The notes under the pieces are model-generated. The model did no database searches. It worked only from the letters and a program-made list of their open reading frames with translations, and was not told where the DNA came from. Below are positions 9,871 to 19,877 of a stretch of DNA of 64,000 bases, in pieces. The stretch is from IMG/VR virus record IMGVR_UViG_3300030055_000003; one strand, written 5' to 3'. The first letter of the stretch is position 1. Each line of letters starts with the position of its first letter. Both the position numbers and the translations under genes were made by a program. This DNA is from a virus (taxonomy: Duplodnaviria > Caudoviricetes).

Positions 9871-10263
9871 TTAATTGTCTAATTCATCTATCATCTTTTG
9901 AATTTCTTCTGCTGACTTACCTTTTAAATCCTCATTCTTTTTTAAGTCTAAAGCTTCTAATAATTTTTGCTTTTGTTCTTTTTTAGCTTTAGCATCTTCT
10001 CTTGATTTGGATTCAGCTTGTTTTATTTTAACTATATGTTTTACAATTTCAATTTTCATATCTAATTCTTCATCTTTTTGTGTTTTAGTATCTAATAAGC
10101 TTTCTTCCTCCACTTGTTTTAGTTGTGAATTCAATCCTTTAAAAATTGTATCTAAATCTTTAACTGATAATGACCATAACTCTTCTACTGGTTGTTGTCC
10201 TCTAAAATCAAACCTAAATTTATTCCTACTAGCTACCTCAAAAACATTCTTTTCTGTGTTCAT
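9871..10263 (-). CDS. Conserved large-phage hypothetical protein, coiled-coil C-terminus
   Basis: FEVASRNKFRF..RG...VEELW pattern; partner of the 683-aa gene. Confidence 0.6.
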   Translation of the reverse strand: MNTEKNVFEVASRNKFRFDFRGQQPVEELWSLSVKDLDTIFKGLNSQLKQVEEESLLDTKTQKDEELDMKIEIVKHIVKIKQAESKSREDAKAKKEQKQKLLEALDLKKNEDLKGKSAEEIQKMIDELDN

Positions 10264-10298
10264 AATTAATCATTCTCCTTCTTATTTATTAATTTATT

Positions 10299-12350
10299 TT
10301 AAAATTTAATTTTTAGTATACGTTCTGTTTGTCCTATTGCTTTAACTACCAATTCATTTCTTTTAGTAGAACTAAATCCTAATCCTGATAGTTGGTCATC
10401 AACTTCTTTTACTGCCATCTTACTACCCAATGCTTCAAATACTCTTTTTTGTTTCATTAAGTCTTCTTTTAAGAACTCGTTATAGAATCCATTTGGCTTC
10501 TCTGAATTAACACAATCTTTCAACATAAAGAAGTAATGTCTATGACCAATTCCTTGTTGTTCATCCCAGTAATTAGGTGAATACATAACAACTCCTGTTG
10601 GTATAAATTGATTTGTTTTTAAATTCCATACTTCTTTTGAAGAAACACTTGATGGTAATAACTCTTTAATAGTAAAACCTGTTTCTCTATTAAAATTGAC
10701 TTCTGCAACCATTACATTTTCTTTATTTTTTAATTCTCTATTATAATCAAAAGAGTATATTTGTCCATCAAATTCTATTTCTGCTTTAAATCCTGTTCTT
10801 CCTCCTCTATTAGCATAGTTATGAACAAAGAATTTATATGTCCCTTCTTTCATCTTATTTTTATCAGTCCATGTTATATTTTCAACTGCTGGAATTCCAT
10901 GTTTTGGACTTTGAATATCTATATCTAATTCTCCAGTAGTATTCCTATTACAACTATTACTAAAATAAATTTCATTTCCATTTGGTTCATAACAATGAGC
11001 ATCTAAATCATTTCCATCATATTCTTCATCATTCCATTGAATAGAAAATCTTAATATACCATCTACATTACCACCTGCTGATTTAACTCTATCTTTCATA
11101 GAACTGTCTGTTATATTACCTGAATAAGCCCAACTAAAAGGATTGTTCCATTTAAACATTGTCTTAGCATCTTTATTCTCTGGTGCTATCAATGAAACCA
11201 TATTGCTAGAATGTTTATTCTCAAGATAAACTTCAAGTTCCTTTGTTGTAGGTAATACATTCTTTACAAAATCTTCTATTGCAATTTCTTCAACCTTTGA
11301 GAATTTCTTAGGATTAATAGGAATTGAACTTGACATTTCATCAAATATATTTGTATTTTGTATTCTCTTAGCTGAGTCCTTGTTTGAGAATAATATATTA
11401 TTTACAGAAATATCATCTAAAGTTCCATGTCTTCTTGGTAAAGAATCTAAGTAGCCTAAATCTTCTATTGTTTTCTTAGCATCTTCTAACATTTTTTTAG
11501 TAAAAATAGCCTTTGGACGTTTGTAGTTTTCAGGAGCAATTATCGCTTCATATTTTCTTACTGCCGTATCTAAATCCATTCCTTCACTTATATTTATAAG
11601 TAATGTTCCTATTGAATGGTTTTTAATTCTTCCAATTGAACCACCAACTTTTACTGATTGTTCCCAAGCATAAGTTTCTTTCTCTTCTTGTGTTTGTAAT
11701 TCATCATAAGCTTTCTTGTATTTAAGGAATTCATTTAAAACGCCTTTCCATTCTTCACCTTTGTATAATGTATTAGATGATATTAATTCTAATACTGTTA
11801 AAAGTGATTCTTCTGAAATTTCATCTAATGACCTTTTAAATACATTTCTTGTATCTCTATAAGTTCCTTTTAAATCACCTTCTGATCTACTACTTCTATC
11901 AACAAATTTATCTGGTAATTCTAAGTAGAAATGTTCATATTTATTTATTGAACCGTCTTCTAATAATTCTCTATTACTATCAGTACCAATATTCTTAAAT
12001 TTGCTAATATAAATATCTGTAATGGCTTTTGATTTAACATATTCAGATAATGCATTTGCCACTGGTTGGAAGGTTGTACTATTTGCATCAAAATCCCATA
12101 TTGTAGTTAGTTCATTATTTTTAATAATAACTGCATTTCCAATACTCTTAATGAATTGTCTACAACAACTACAATCATATTCTCTTCTTTGTCTGTAAAG
12201 TTCATTTGTACCTTCTGGAAAACTGTCTAAGTAAATATTCCATAATTCATCTTTATCTACGTTCACCTCAAATAAGCAATCTGCATCCTTTGTGATTTGT
12301 TTAAAGTTTTCTTGTAACACCTTTTTAAAATTTTTAAATTCCATTTTCAT
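10299..12350 (-). CDS. Conserved large-phage protein with C-terminal YfaP/DUF2135-like domain
   Basis: N-terminal YDCSCCRQF; C-terminal LRFSIQWN...DLDAHC.EP.G..IYF...GELDID...VENITW. Confidence 0.5.
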   Translation of the reverse strand: MKMEFKNFKKVLQENFKQITKDADCLFEVNVDKDELWNIYLDSFPEGTNELYRQRREYDCSCCRQFIKSIGNAVIIKNNELTTIWDFDANSTTFQPVANALSEYVKSKAITDIYISKFKNIGTDSNRELLEDGSINKYEHFYLELPDKFVDRSSRSEGDLKGTYRDTRNVFKRSLDEISEESLLTVLELISSNTLYKGEEWKGVLNEFLKYKKAYDELQTQEEKETYAWEQSVKVGGSIGRIKNHSIGTLLINISEGMDLDTAVRKYEAIIAPENYKRPKAIFTKKMLEDAKKTIEDLGYLDSLPRRHGTLDDISVNNILFSNKDSAKRIQNTNIFDEMSSSIPINPKKFSKVEEIAIEDFVKNVLPTTKELEVYLENKHSSNMVSLIAPENKDAKTMFKWNNPFSWAYSGNITDSSMKDRVKSAGGNVDGILRFSIQWNDEEYDGNDLDAHCYEPNGNEIYFSNSCNRNTTGELDIDIQSPKHGIPAVENITWTDKNKMKEGTYKFFVHNYANRGGRTGFKAEIEFDGQIYSFDYNRELKNKENVMVAEVNFNRETGFTIKELLPSSVSSKEVWNLKTNQFIPTGVVMYSPNYWDEQQGIGHRHYFFMLKDCVNSEKPNGFYNEFLKEDLMKQKRVFEALGSKMAVKEVDDQLSGLGFSSTKRNELVVKAIGQTERILKIKF

Positions 12351-12409
12351 TCACTCCTTTATTTTATATGTATATTTTATTTTCCCTTTAATTTATTGAG
12401 CATTTATTT

Positions 12410-12511
12410 AATATGCTTTGCTGAGTAGGTTAACTGTTACATTAACACTACTTTTGAAAGGAGTTTTCTATGAAACTTTTGAGTAGTTTATTCTACTCAG
12501 CAAAACATATT
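12410..12511 (-). ncRNA. Candidate structured RNA / leader 2
   Basis: 19-bp closing stem (12410-12428 with 12493-12511), one G-U; same AATATGTTTT...AAAGCATATT ends as element 1. Confidence 0.5.
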
Positions 12512-12538
12512 CTATTAATTTATTCTTACCACTCTTTA

Positions 12539-12567
12539 ACTATATCACATACAATTTCATTTGTAAA
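12539..12567 (-). promoter_or_regulatory. Sigma-A promoter
   Basis: TTTACA-17-TATAGT with TG extension. Confidence 0.6.
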
Positions 12568-12755
12568 GTGTTTATTTCTATTAATTTGTTAAGTCTTGCT
12601 AAAACATACTTTTTATTGGCTTTTTCGACTTCTACATCCTAGTGTTTAAGCCATTCTTAAAATCTGTTAATTTGATAATTCTTAGTATTTTTATTAATTT
12701 ATTAACAATTATATTTTATGTAAGTGGTAAGTTTGTTATTCCTTACCACTTCTTC

Positions 12756-12785
12756 ATCTTATCATATTTACTAATTACTTGTCAA
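12756..12785 (-). promoter_or_regulatory. Sigma-A promoter
   Basis: TTGACA-18-TAAGAT with TGn extension. Confidence 0.6.
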
Positions 12786-12863
12786 TATAATTTTATTAAT
12801 TTATTGATAATTAAATGTTATACAGGCTACATATATTAAACATAGCCCCCATTTTATAATATA

Positions 12864-13166
12864 TTATTTATCTTCAACTTTTCTTAATTCTTTATCTAAT
12901 TGTAATTTAACTAAGTTAATTAACCATAATGTATTCCTATTATCTCCTCTATTTATATATCTTTGGTCTACTTCATCATTGATAATAATATTATAATATT
13001 TAATAAACTCTTCATGCAACCATAATTTTAATTCAAATTTACTACTGTGGTCATAACAAGAACTTTCAGTTATTGCACAATACAATTTATCAAGATAATT
13101 CGTATTGCTACTGTGTCTACAAAAACTATCTAATAAATCTAATCTCTTTTCATCGTTCATATTCAT
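12864..13166 (-). CDS. Hypothetical protein
   Basis: Co-oriented ORF, tightly packed. Confidence 0.55.
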   Translation of the reverse strand: MNMNDEKRLDLLDSFCRHSSNTNYLDKLYCAITESSCYDHSSKFELKLWLHEEFIKYYNIIINDEVDQRYINRGDNRNTLWLINLVKLQLDKELRKVEDK

Positions 13167-13167
13167 A

Positions 13168-13602
13168 CTATATTGTTTCCTTTACTTGAATATTTGTTTT
13201 CATGATTTTTCTAAGTTCATCTATAAATTGCTTAATGCTACAATTCCTATAGAATGTATCTATTTCTCTATTAATCGTATTAATATTAAATTTATATTCA
13301 ATATTTCTTTTATTTAAACAATATAAAAGATTAAACATTGTTTGATATAGTGTTTCATGTGCGTTTTTAATATTTTCTATTGGCTCTTCGGTAAATGAAT
13401 CCCAATCAGTTGTAAATTGAGCATCTACAGATATCTCATAATTACCATTAAAATTGATTATATAACCTATAGAAACTATACTATTACATATTCCAATAAC
13501 TAGCTGACCAGTTGGACTATCTGATATAACTATGACATTATCTTCACCATCAAACCATTCTTTATAAATTTCATTATAACTTTTCATTAAACAACACTCC
13601 AA
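13168..13602 (-). CDS. Hypothetical protein
   Basis: Co-oriented ORF, tightly packed. Confidence 0.55.
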   Translation of the reverse strand: MECCLMKSYNEIYKEWFDGEDNVIVISDSPTGQLVIGICNSIVSIGYIINFNGNYEISVDAQFTTDWDSFTEEPIENIKNAHETLYQTMFNLLYCLNKRNIEYKFNINTINREIDTFYRNCSIKQFIDELRKIMKTNIQVKETI

Positions 13603-14411
13603 TCTTCTAATATCTCTGCATAATCATTTTTACCATCTTTAAACAAAGTTATTCTATCGCTAAATTCATTATTGTGTTGCCAGTTAACTTTTATTATATG
13701 TTTATATTCTGAATCATACTTATCTGTTATGATACTATTGATTCGATTAATAATACTCCAACCAAAATGTTCACAACCATCTGTATAAAAATAATAGCCT
13801 TTCTTTATATCACCAGTTCTTTTATTAAATCTAATTAACATTAGTTTATTTGTATTGTAGTCTGGATTTCTTAGGATATCTTGAATTTTATCTTTGTTTT
13901 CTTTAAATAATTCAACATCTTTATCTTTAACTCTATAAATATATTCTTGATATACTATATTTATATCTTCATTATTTACTTTTATATTATTTAAAGCATC
14001 TAATAATTGCCTACACTTATCTTCATTTTGGTTATCTAAGCAATATAGTATTTTATCAATATACTCCATTTGTTTGTTATCTAAGGGATTTATTCTATCA
14101 GCTATAGTTTTTCTTTTATTTAACAAACTAGATGCACTTACCATATGATCTTTATCACTTCTACCAAAATGATTAAAAACGAATCTTTCTTTTGCATCCC
14201 AAATTTGTTCATATTCAGCATGTTTCATTCCATCTGTTCCAATAAAGAATTTTTCCTCTAATCCAAAAAATTCACATAACTTTTTTAAATTATCTTTAGT
14301 TGGATTACTAACTTCTGAATCATATGATGACAACGTTGATGATGGTATTTTAGTAAAATACGATAAATCTTTAATTGATATATCAAACACATTTCTAACT
14401 GTTCTTAACAC
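13587..14411 (-). CDS. XRE-family HTH protein with long unknown C-terminal region
   Basis: LRTVR...ISIKDLS...IPSSTLSSYDSEVSNPTKDNLKKLCEFFGL. Confidence 0.75.
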   Translation of the reverse strand: MLRTVRNVFDISIKDLSYFTKIPSSTLSSYDSEVSNPTKDNLKKLCEFFGLEEKFFIGTDGMKHAEYEQIWDAKERFVFNHFGRSDKDHMVSASSLLNKRKTIADRINPLDNKQMEYIDKILYCLDNQNEDKCRQLLDALNNIKVNNEDINIVYQEYIYRVKDKDVELFKENKDKIQDILRNPDYNTNKLMLIRFNKRTGDIKKGYYFYTDGCEHFGWSIINRINSIITDKYDSEYKHIIKVNWQHNNEFSDRITLFKDGKNDYAEILEDWSVV

Positions 14412-14423
14412 ACTATTACCTCC

Positions 14424-14897
14424 TTAACAAAACTTTGCAGTAGATATATTGTCATTAAGTGCTTCTAGCCTATTTTTTAATTCTCGTCTACCTATTTCAT
14501 TCAATGATAACTCAAGTTTTGCAATAGGCTTTTCTGATTCATATATTTGTTCTTCATCTAAATCATCAATATATGAAGCAAAATCCTCAGATATAATTTC
14601 AAACATATCTTGCCCAGTTATTTCAATTTTATCTCCATCATAATTTTCTACTTCAATACTATAACTATGTTCCGATAACTCTTGTTCTATCCACTCTATA
14701 AAACTATATTCAGATACTCTATTATAGTTTTCACCTAGTATATTTTTTACTTCTTCTAAATTCTCATCTAGTGCTAAAAATTGAAAATTATCTGTATCTG
14801 CCTTTTTAATTAAATTTCTTTCTAAGCACTCATTTAATTCTGGTGGAATCCCATTTACTTCAAAAGTCCAGTCTGATAAATCTAAATACTTAAACAT
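14424..14897 (-). CDS. Acidic hypothetical protein
   Basis: ORF with SD GGAGGT. Confidence 0.6.
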   Translation of the reverse strand: MFKYLDLSDWTFEVNGIPPELNECLERNLIKKADTDNFQFLALDENLEEVKNILGENYNRVSEYSFIEWIEQELSEHSYSIEVENYDGDKIEITGQDMFEIISEDFASYIDDLDEEQIYESEKPIAKLELSLNEIGRRELKNRLEALNDNISTAKFC

Positions 14898-14953
14898 TTT
14901 ATTACCTCCTTAATGATTATTATTTTACCATATATTTACATACAAATACTATA

Positions 14954-15106
14954 CTAAATAACTATTATTTTAAATTCTCTGCCACACTTAGGACAGTATT
15001 CTTCACTATCTGTTTCAATTGGCTCTCCTGTAAAATCTTCAACTTCCGTGTGACAATATGGACATTCATACTGTGTATCCCCTTCTTCTATATATACTTC
15101 TCTCAT
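14954..15106 (-). CDS. 50-aa zinc-ribbon protein (absent from ORF track)
   Basis: MREVYIEEGDTQYECPYCHTEVEDFTGEPIETDSEEYCPKCGREFKIIVI; SD upstream. Confidence 0.7.
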   Translation of the reverse strand: MREVYIEEGDTQYECPYCHTEVEDFTGEPIETDSEEYCPKCGREFKIIVI

Positions 15107-15209
15107 ACAAATTCCCTTTCCTTTCAAACTAATTTTATATTACTATTATACCATTAATTTGAAATTATATACACATTATTTAAATATATTTATATTAATT
15201 TATTTATAT

Positions 15210-15629
15210 TTAATAATAACATTCACTACAATATAATATATAACCATTATCATCTTTACTAGGTAATTCATCATATCTTAAATCAAATTCTTCCATAAAT
15301 TCTTTTTTGCAACTGGGACAATGACATTTTATATATGCATTGTTTACATCAAAAGTAAGGTATCCAATATCTTTAGATAATATACTATACATCTTACAAT
15401 ATTTCATAAATTCATTAATATCATCAAATCCAATAAACTTACTATCATATAGCCCTTTATTAGTAATAAATAAGAATGGATTTTTAATATCTTGTATAGT
15501 TGGTTTTAATATTACTTTCACATATTCTTTATCTTTTAAATAATAATCTGCATCAGAACAGGCTATATATTGTTTTAAATTAGGTTCTGTTCTTAGTATT
15601 ATATTTTTAGTTTTCTTTATTAATTTCAT
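15210..15629 (-). CDS. Hypothetical protein with C-terminal CxxC pairs; near-duplicate at 54134-54556
   Basis: CHCPSC...YCSECYY; DNA-level similarity to the second copy. Confidence 0.7.
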   Translation of the reverse strand: MKLIKKTKNIILRTEPNLKQYIACSDADYYLKDKEYVKVILKPTIQDIKNPFLFITNKGLYDSKFIGFDDINEFMKYCKMYSILSKDIGYLTFDVNNAYIKCHCPSCKKEFMEEFDLRYDELPSKDDNGYILYCSECYY

Positions 15630-15690
15630 TACTTCACTTCCTTTATATATTTTTAGACTTTATTGTTTTGTTATTTTATTTATATATGTA

Positions 15691-17157
15691 TTAACAAGCC
15701 TGTACTAATTCTTGATTATGTAATCCGTTTAATTTGTTTTTAATATCATATTTTATGTATTCTTCAGGGGTTAAATCTTTTATGTATTTAAATGTATATC
15801 CTTTATATGTTTTACATTTTCCTTTACAATTTCTTGAAATCATACTACTATTGAATTTTACCCCAAATAATGCTTCACCTTTATCAACTAAATCACTAGC
15901 AGATTTAAATACCATTCCATTTGTTAAACATATTGTTTCCTTACTATTTCCATCTCCTTTGTATGTACATAATCCTCTTTCTGTTCCTCTTGTTAAATAA
16001 CTTCTAATGGTTCTTGGAGACATTTTTATATTTTTTGCTATATCATTTACATTATGTATTCCTGATTCCCACATTGTCCAAGCCATCTTAACAAAATTTA
16101 ATAAAGCAAATTCTTCAATTTTGTTCCAATCTATATTATTTAAATCAAACAATTTATTTAATTTATTATTATTAACTATATTCTGTCTTATGTAGTTAAA
16201 TCTGTTTTCTATATTAAGATAATCACAATCAATTCTTATAACTTCAATTCCTTGTTTTTCAGCTAATTTATCCTTTTCATCATCTATAAATTGACTTTTT
16301 TCCTTGGTTTGTCCACTCATAGAATTATCATGATTGTGAAATCCACCGTCCATCTCTAATATATATTTCTTATTGTTTAATTCGAAATAAAAATCATATG
16401 ACTTAGGTTTAATCCATTCTGGAGAGTATTCTGATACAAAATCTATATTCAATTGTTCCAATAAATTGAAGGCAAACTTATTTGGATATTTCACACTATT
16501 CCCACATGAGCATCCTATAGAGTGATATTTATAAATGTTAGCTATAATTACTTTAGTACTTTTAACTCTACCACAAACAGGACATATTGGATAAATCTTT
16601 TTACTGCTTGATTTAGTATATTTCTTAGCCTCATCATATCCACCTTGAAAGTAAGGTATCATCCAAGGTGCAGTTGTAGGTATGTCTTTTATACCTTCTA
16701 CTACTATTTGATTTTCACAACATGCACAATTTTGTCCTTTTAATAAATTACTTTCTAATATCCATCCTTCATATCCATCTTTATTACAATGATATTTGTA
16801 ATATTTTTTATTTCCATATGTATTACATCTTTTTCTATATTCTCTATCTATAATTATTAAATCCCTTCTTTCACTTTTAAATGTTGTATCTATATTTACT
16901 TTAAAATCTGATGTGTATATACCTAGCAATTTTCCCAAGTGACATTTTATAAATGCAGAAGTTGTTATTTTAAAAGGTGGATTATTCAAATATTTAATAA
17001 ATATATATGGCATTTTGTACGATATAATTTTAACTTCAAAATTTATATTATCGTAAACTCCTTTTACATTATAATCTATACTCTTTTTCCAATTTATGTA
17101 ACCTTTATTATTTTCTTTTTCATACCCAGGTAAATCGTCTAAAAACATTTTTCTCAT
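15691..17157 (-). CDS. Free-standing Vsr/EDxHD-like (DUF559-type) endonuclease with zinc ribbons and NUMOD1-like tail
   Basis: CxxC repeats, YDFYF...ILEMDGGFH, IRIDC, ICLTNGMVFKSA. Confidence 0.65.
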   Translation of the reverse strand: MRKMFLDDLPGYEKENNKGYINWKKSIDYNVKGVYDNINFEVKIISYKMPYIFIKYLNNPPFKITTSAFIKCHLGKLLGIYTSDFKVNIDTTFKSERRDLIIIDREYRKRCNTYGNKKYYKYHCNKDGYEGWILESNLLKGQNCACCENQIVVEGIKDIPTTAPWMIPYFQGGYDEAKKYTKSSSKKIYPICPVCGRVKSTKVIIANIYKYHSIGCSCGNSVKYPNKFAFNLLEQLNIDFVSEYSPEWIKPKSYDFYFELNNKKYILEMDGGFHNHDNSMSGQTKEKSQFIDDEKDKLAEKQGIEVIRIDCDYLNIENRFNYIRQNIVNNNKLNKLFDLNNIDWNKIEEFALLNFVKMAWTMWESGIHNVNDIAKNIKMSPRTIRSYLTRGTERGLCTYKGDGNSKETICLTNGMVFKSASDLVDKGEALFGVKFNSSMISRNCKGKCKTYKGYTFKYIKDLTPEEYIKYDIKNKLNGLHNQELVQAC

Positions 17158-17228
17158 TTACATTCACTCTCTTTCGTTCTATTAATTTGTTGCTAATCTA
17201 TATTAATTTTAATTATTTCCAAATTTAA

Positions 17229-17246
17229 GAGAAGCCGAAACTCCCC
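17229..17246 (-). terminator. Probable intrinsic terminator
   Basis: GGGGAGU-UUCG-GCUUCUC followed by UUAAAUUU. Confidence 0.55.
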
Positions 17247-17255
17247 ATGGTCATA

Positions 17256-17681
17256 TTAAGCATTCATATTAAAGAACGCATACATTAAACACTCATATTC
17301 ATAGTTCTCACTATTAATTTTATTGTCTCTTATATAATCTACTACCACTTCATTACCTTCTTTAAAGAATCTGTCATATATTTCTCTGCCTTGTCCTACT
17401 AACCAACTTGCAAAATCTAAATATACCGCATCTTTTGACTCTTGAATAAATCCACCATTTACTTTAAATAGTTCTTTAAATTCTTTACTACCAATGTACT
17501 CATTAACTATACAATTAAATTCTTGTAATAACATTTCAATATCATCAATTGAATAATTTTTCTTTAAGATAGTATGTAGATTATCAAATTGCTTTTGTGA
17601 ATTAAAATTAATACCTTTCTTTGATTCCTCTAATACCTTCCATAATTCTTTTCTAAAACATTTATCTAATATCATAATCAT
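17256..17681 (-). CDS. DUF4240-like protein
   Basis: YLDFASWLVGQGREIY motif. Confidence 0.55.
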   Translation of the reverse strand: MIMILDKCFRKELWKVLEESKKGINFNSQKQFDNLHTILKKNYSIDDIEMLLQEFNCIVNEYIGSKEFKELFKVNGGFIQESKDAVYLDFASWLVGQGREIYDRFFKEGNEVVVDYIRDNKINSENYEYECLMYAFFNMNA

Positions 17682-17708
17682 TCTCCTTTTTGTTATATTA
17701 GTTTATTT

Positions 17709-19052
17709 TTACAATTCAAACATATCCATTCCCATAATAAATCTTTGTATTTTTTCAGTTTCTATACTCATAGGTGTCAAGATATTGTTAATTTCATCTT
17801 GTGTGAAATCACCATCACATAAAACAACTCTACCTGTACAACCTAAATTACGTCTTGTAAATTTATCATCAAATTTCCTTATTTTTATTTCAGCTCCACT
17901 ATAAGTTAATGTAGCATTTGCATAACTAAAATTACTAGCATCTATTGTTGATTTATCAAATTGACATCTACATGAAATATCCTCAAATATTTCTTTTACA
18001 TTATCTTTTTTGGTTACTATTAAGATGACATTATTATAATTCAATTTTAAATCGTATTCTAATGCCTTTTTTACTACAAAATCCTTTAATTTATTTTCTA
18101 CAAATGATTTTAAATCCACTTCTCCTTTATTAATTGTCATTATTTTTTCTAATTCATTAAAGCAATTAAATTTACGTTCTATTTTCATAGTATTAGTTTC
18201 TTTAATTACTATTAGACTAAAACTTCTATTGACTTCTCTTTGAGTAGTTACTTTAAATTCTTCAGAATCAAATAAATCTTTAATATTTTGTAAATTTTCT
18301 TTTATTACATCATTATATTCTTTTACCTTGTTATTTCTATCTTTTTGTTCTTTTATTATTGCACTTTTAAAATCAATAGCATTACTAAAATCAGCACTTT
18401 CTTCATATAAATTTAATTTCCTTCTTAATCCTCTAACTGGTTTTTCTTCTTTAAACATATCTTTATATTCATTACAAATATCAAACCATTTGTTAAATTC
18501 TACATCTCCAAGTCTTTCTTTTGTATCTTTTATTTGTTCTTTTGTCAATATTCCACACTCTTCTAATTTTTTCAAACCTATTACATGATAACTAATATCT
18601 TTTCTACAATTGAACAAATTCATTATAGGATATTTGATGGTAAATACAGACACATATTTCTTAGCCTTAATATCTAATTGAGGTAATCCATCATCAAACA
18701 AAACCAAGTCAATAATTTCATCTTCATCAAATCTTTCATCCTTATCATATGCACTTATCGTTTCTCCTGTATTAAATTCAATAAATAACTTCTTTCTGGA
18801 GAAATTATAATACTTAATTGATTCTCTTATATCATCGTCTAAAGCAAATATTTCTTCAAAATGATCTTTTAAGATTCTTAATTGTCCCATATTACTATTT
18901 ATGTATAAGACTGTTTTTGGTTTATCATGTAATACTTTATTAGCTAATAGGAAAGTTTTACTACCTCTTCGGCTTATATTAGCCATTATTATTTTTGAGT
19001 CATCTGCTACAATGTCAGTTTGCCATTCATTTAATATCATTTTCTTTTCCAT
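17709..19052 (-). CDS. Protein with degenerate terminase-large-subunit ATPase-like domain(s)
   Basis: LNEWQ...ISRRGSKT...IEFNTG...LVLFDD...GILTKEQI; see findings. Confidence 0.5.
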   Translation of the reverse strand: MEKKMILNEWQTDIVADDSKIIMANISRRGSKTFLLANKVLHDKPKTVLYINSNMGQLRILKDHFEEIFALDDDIRESIKYYNFSRKKLFIEFNTGETISAYDKDERFDEDEIIDLVLFDDGLPQLDIKAKKYVSVFTIKYPIMNLFNCRKDISYHVIGLKKLEECGILTKEQIKDTKERLGDVEFNKWFDICNEYKDMFKEEKPVRGLRRKLNLYEESADFSNAIDFKSAIIKEQKDRNNKVKEYNDVIKENLQNIKDLFDSEEFKVTTQREVNRSFSLIVIKETNTMKIERKFNCFNELEKIMTINKGEVDLKSFVENKLKDFVVKKALEYDLKLNYNNVILIVTKKDNVKEIFEDISCRCQFDKSTIDASNFSYANATLTYSGAEIKIRKFDDKFTRRNLGCTGRVVLCDGDFTQDEINNILTPMSIETEKIQRFIMGMDMFEL

Positions 19053-19072
19053 TTTATCTCTCCTTTAATTTT

Positions 19073-19387
19073 TTAATCATAGTAATTTTCATATGATATA
19101 TCTTTATAATATTTGCTAATAGTGTCTCTAGATGTCTTCATATCTCCTACACATATTATGCTTCTTATTCCATCAATATCTGCTACTTCTCCGAGAATAT
19201 AATCTTGAGTAATTTCAATATCGTTATCTTCCTCATAATGCTCAATTGACATATACTCACTTAAATCTAGGTTTAATGCTTTTCCAAAACAATCTATATG
19301 TTCTCGTTCCTCATACAATTTATTATTCATTATAAGAAAAGCAGTTATTCTTTGTTCTTCCCAATCATAATCTTTTGGCTGATTCAT
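19073..19387 (-). CDS. Hypothetical protein
   Basis: Co-oriented ORF with SD. Confidence 0.55.
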   Translation of the reverse strand: MNQPKDYDWEEQRITAFLIMNNKLYEEREHIDCFGKALNLDLSEYMSIEHYEEDNDIEITQDYILGEVADIDGIRSIICVGDMKTSRDTISKYYKDISYENYYD

Positions 19388-19489
19388 AAATATAACCTTC
19401 TTTACAACTTATTTATCATTAATTTATTTTACATACTAATAAAAAGACACTAAAAATTAATCTAATTCCCTTATAATTAATATATAATT

Positions 19490-19849
19490 TTACATTCCCT
19501 TTAGAGTTATGATTTGATTATCTAATATCTTATCACCAGTAGTTTTATCTACTACAGTTAAATAGAATGTAGTCAAAGTATTAATATTAAGATTTTTAAT
19601 AGTAAAACTAGAATCTGTTTTCTTGACTATTGATATATTATTTTTACTCAACAGGGTTTGTCCAACTGAATCTAATTTATATTCAATAACTAAATCATTT
19701 TGAACAATACCGTTAACATATCTAAACGCTGAAATTTGACTACCTTCTTTTACTCTATAAACATATCCATTACTTGTTTGAATTTTGTCCAATATACTGC
19801 TAAAAGCGTCAACTACATTATGATTGACTTTAGCTAATTTTGTATTCAT
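19490..19849 (-). CDS. Hypothetical beta-rich protein
   Basis: ORF with SD AAGGAG. Confidence 0.55.
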   Translation of the reverse strand: MNTKLAKVNHNVVDAFSSILDKIQTSNGYVYRVKEGSQISAFRYVNGIVQNDLVIEYKLDSVGQTLLSKNNISIVKKTDSSFTIKNLNINTLTTFYLTVVDKTTGDKILDNQIITLKGM

Positions 19850-19877
19850 ATCTTATTACTCCTTCATTATTTATTTC

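Noticed and set aside
9599-12511. tRNA or CRISPR-repeat identity for the long-stem elements
   Set aside because: No T-loop or D-loop consensus, and no regularly spaced repeat-spacer units.
19490-19849. Virion structural protein
   Set aside because: Beta-rich appearance only; no recognisable motif and no structural-gene context.
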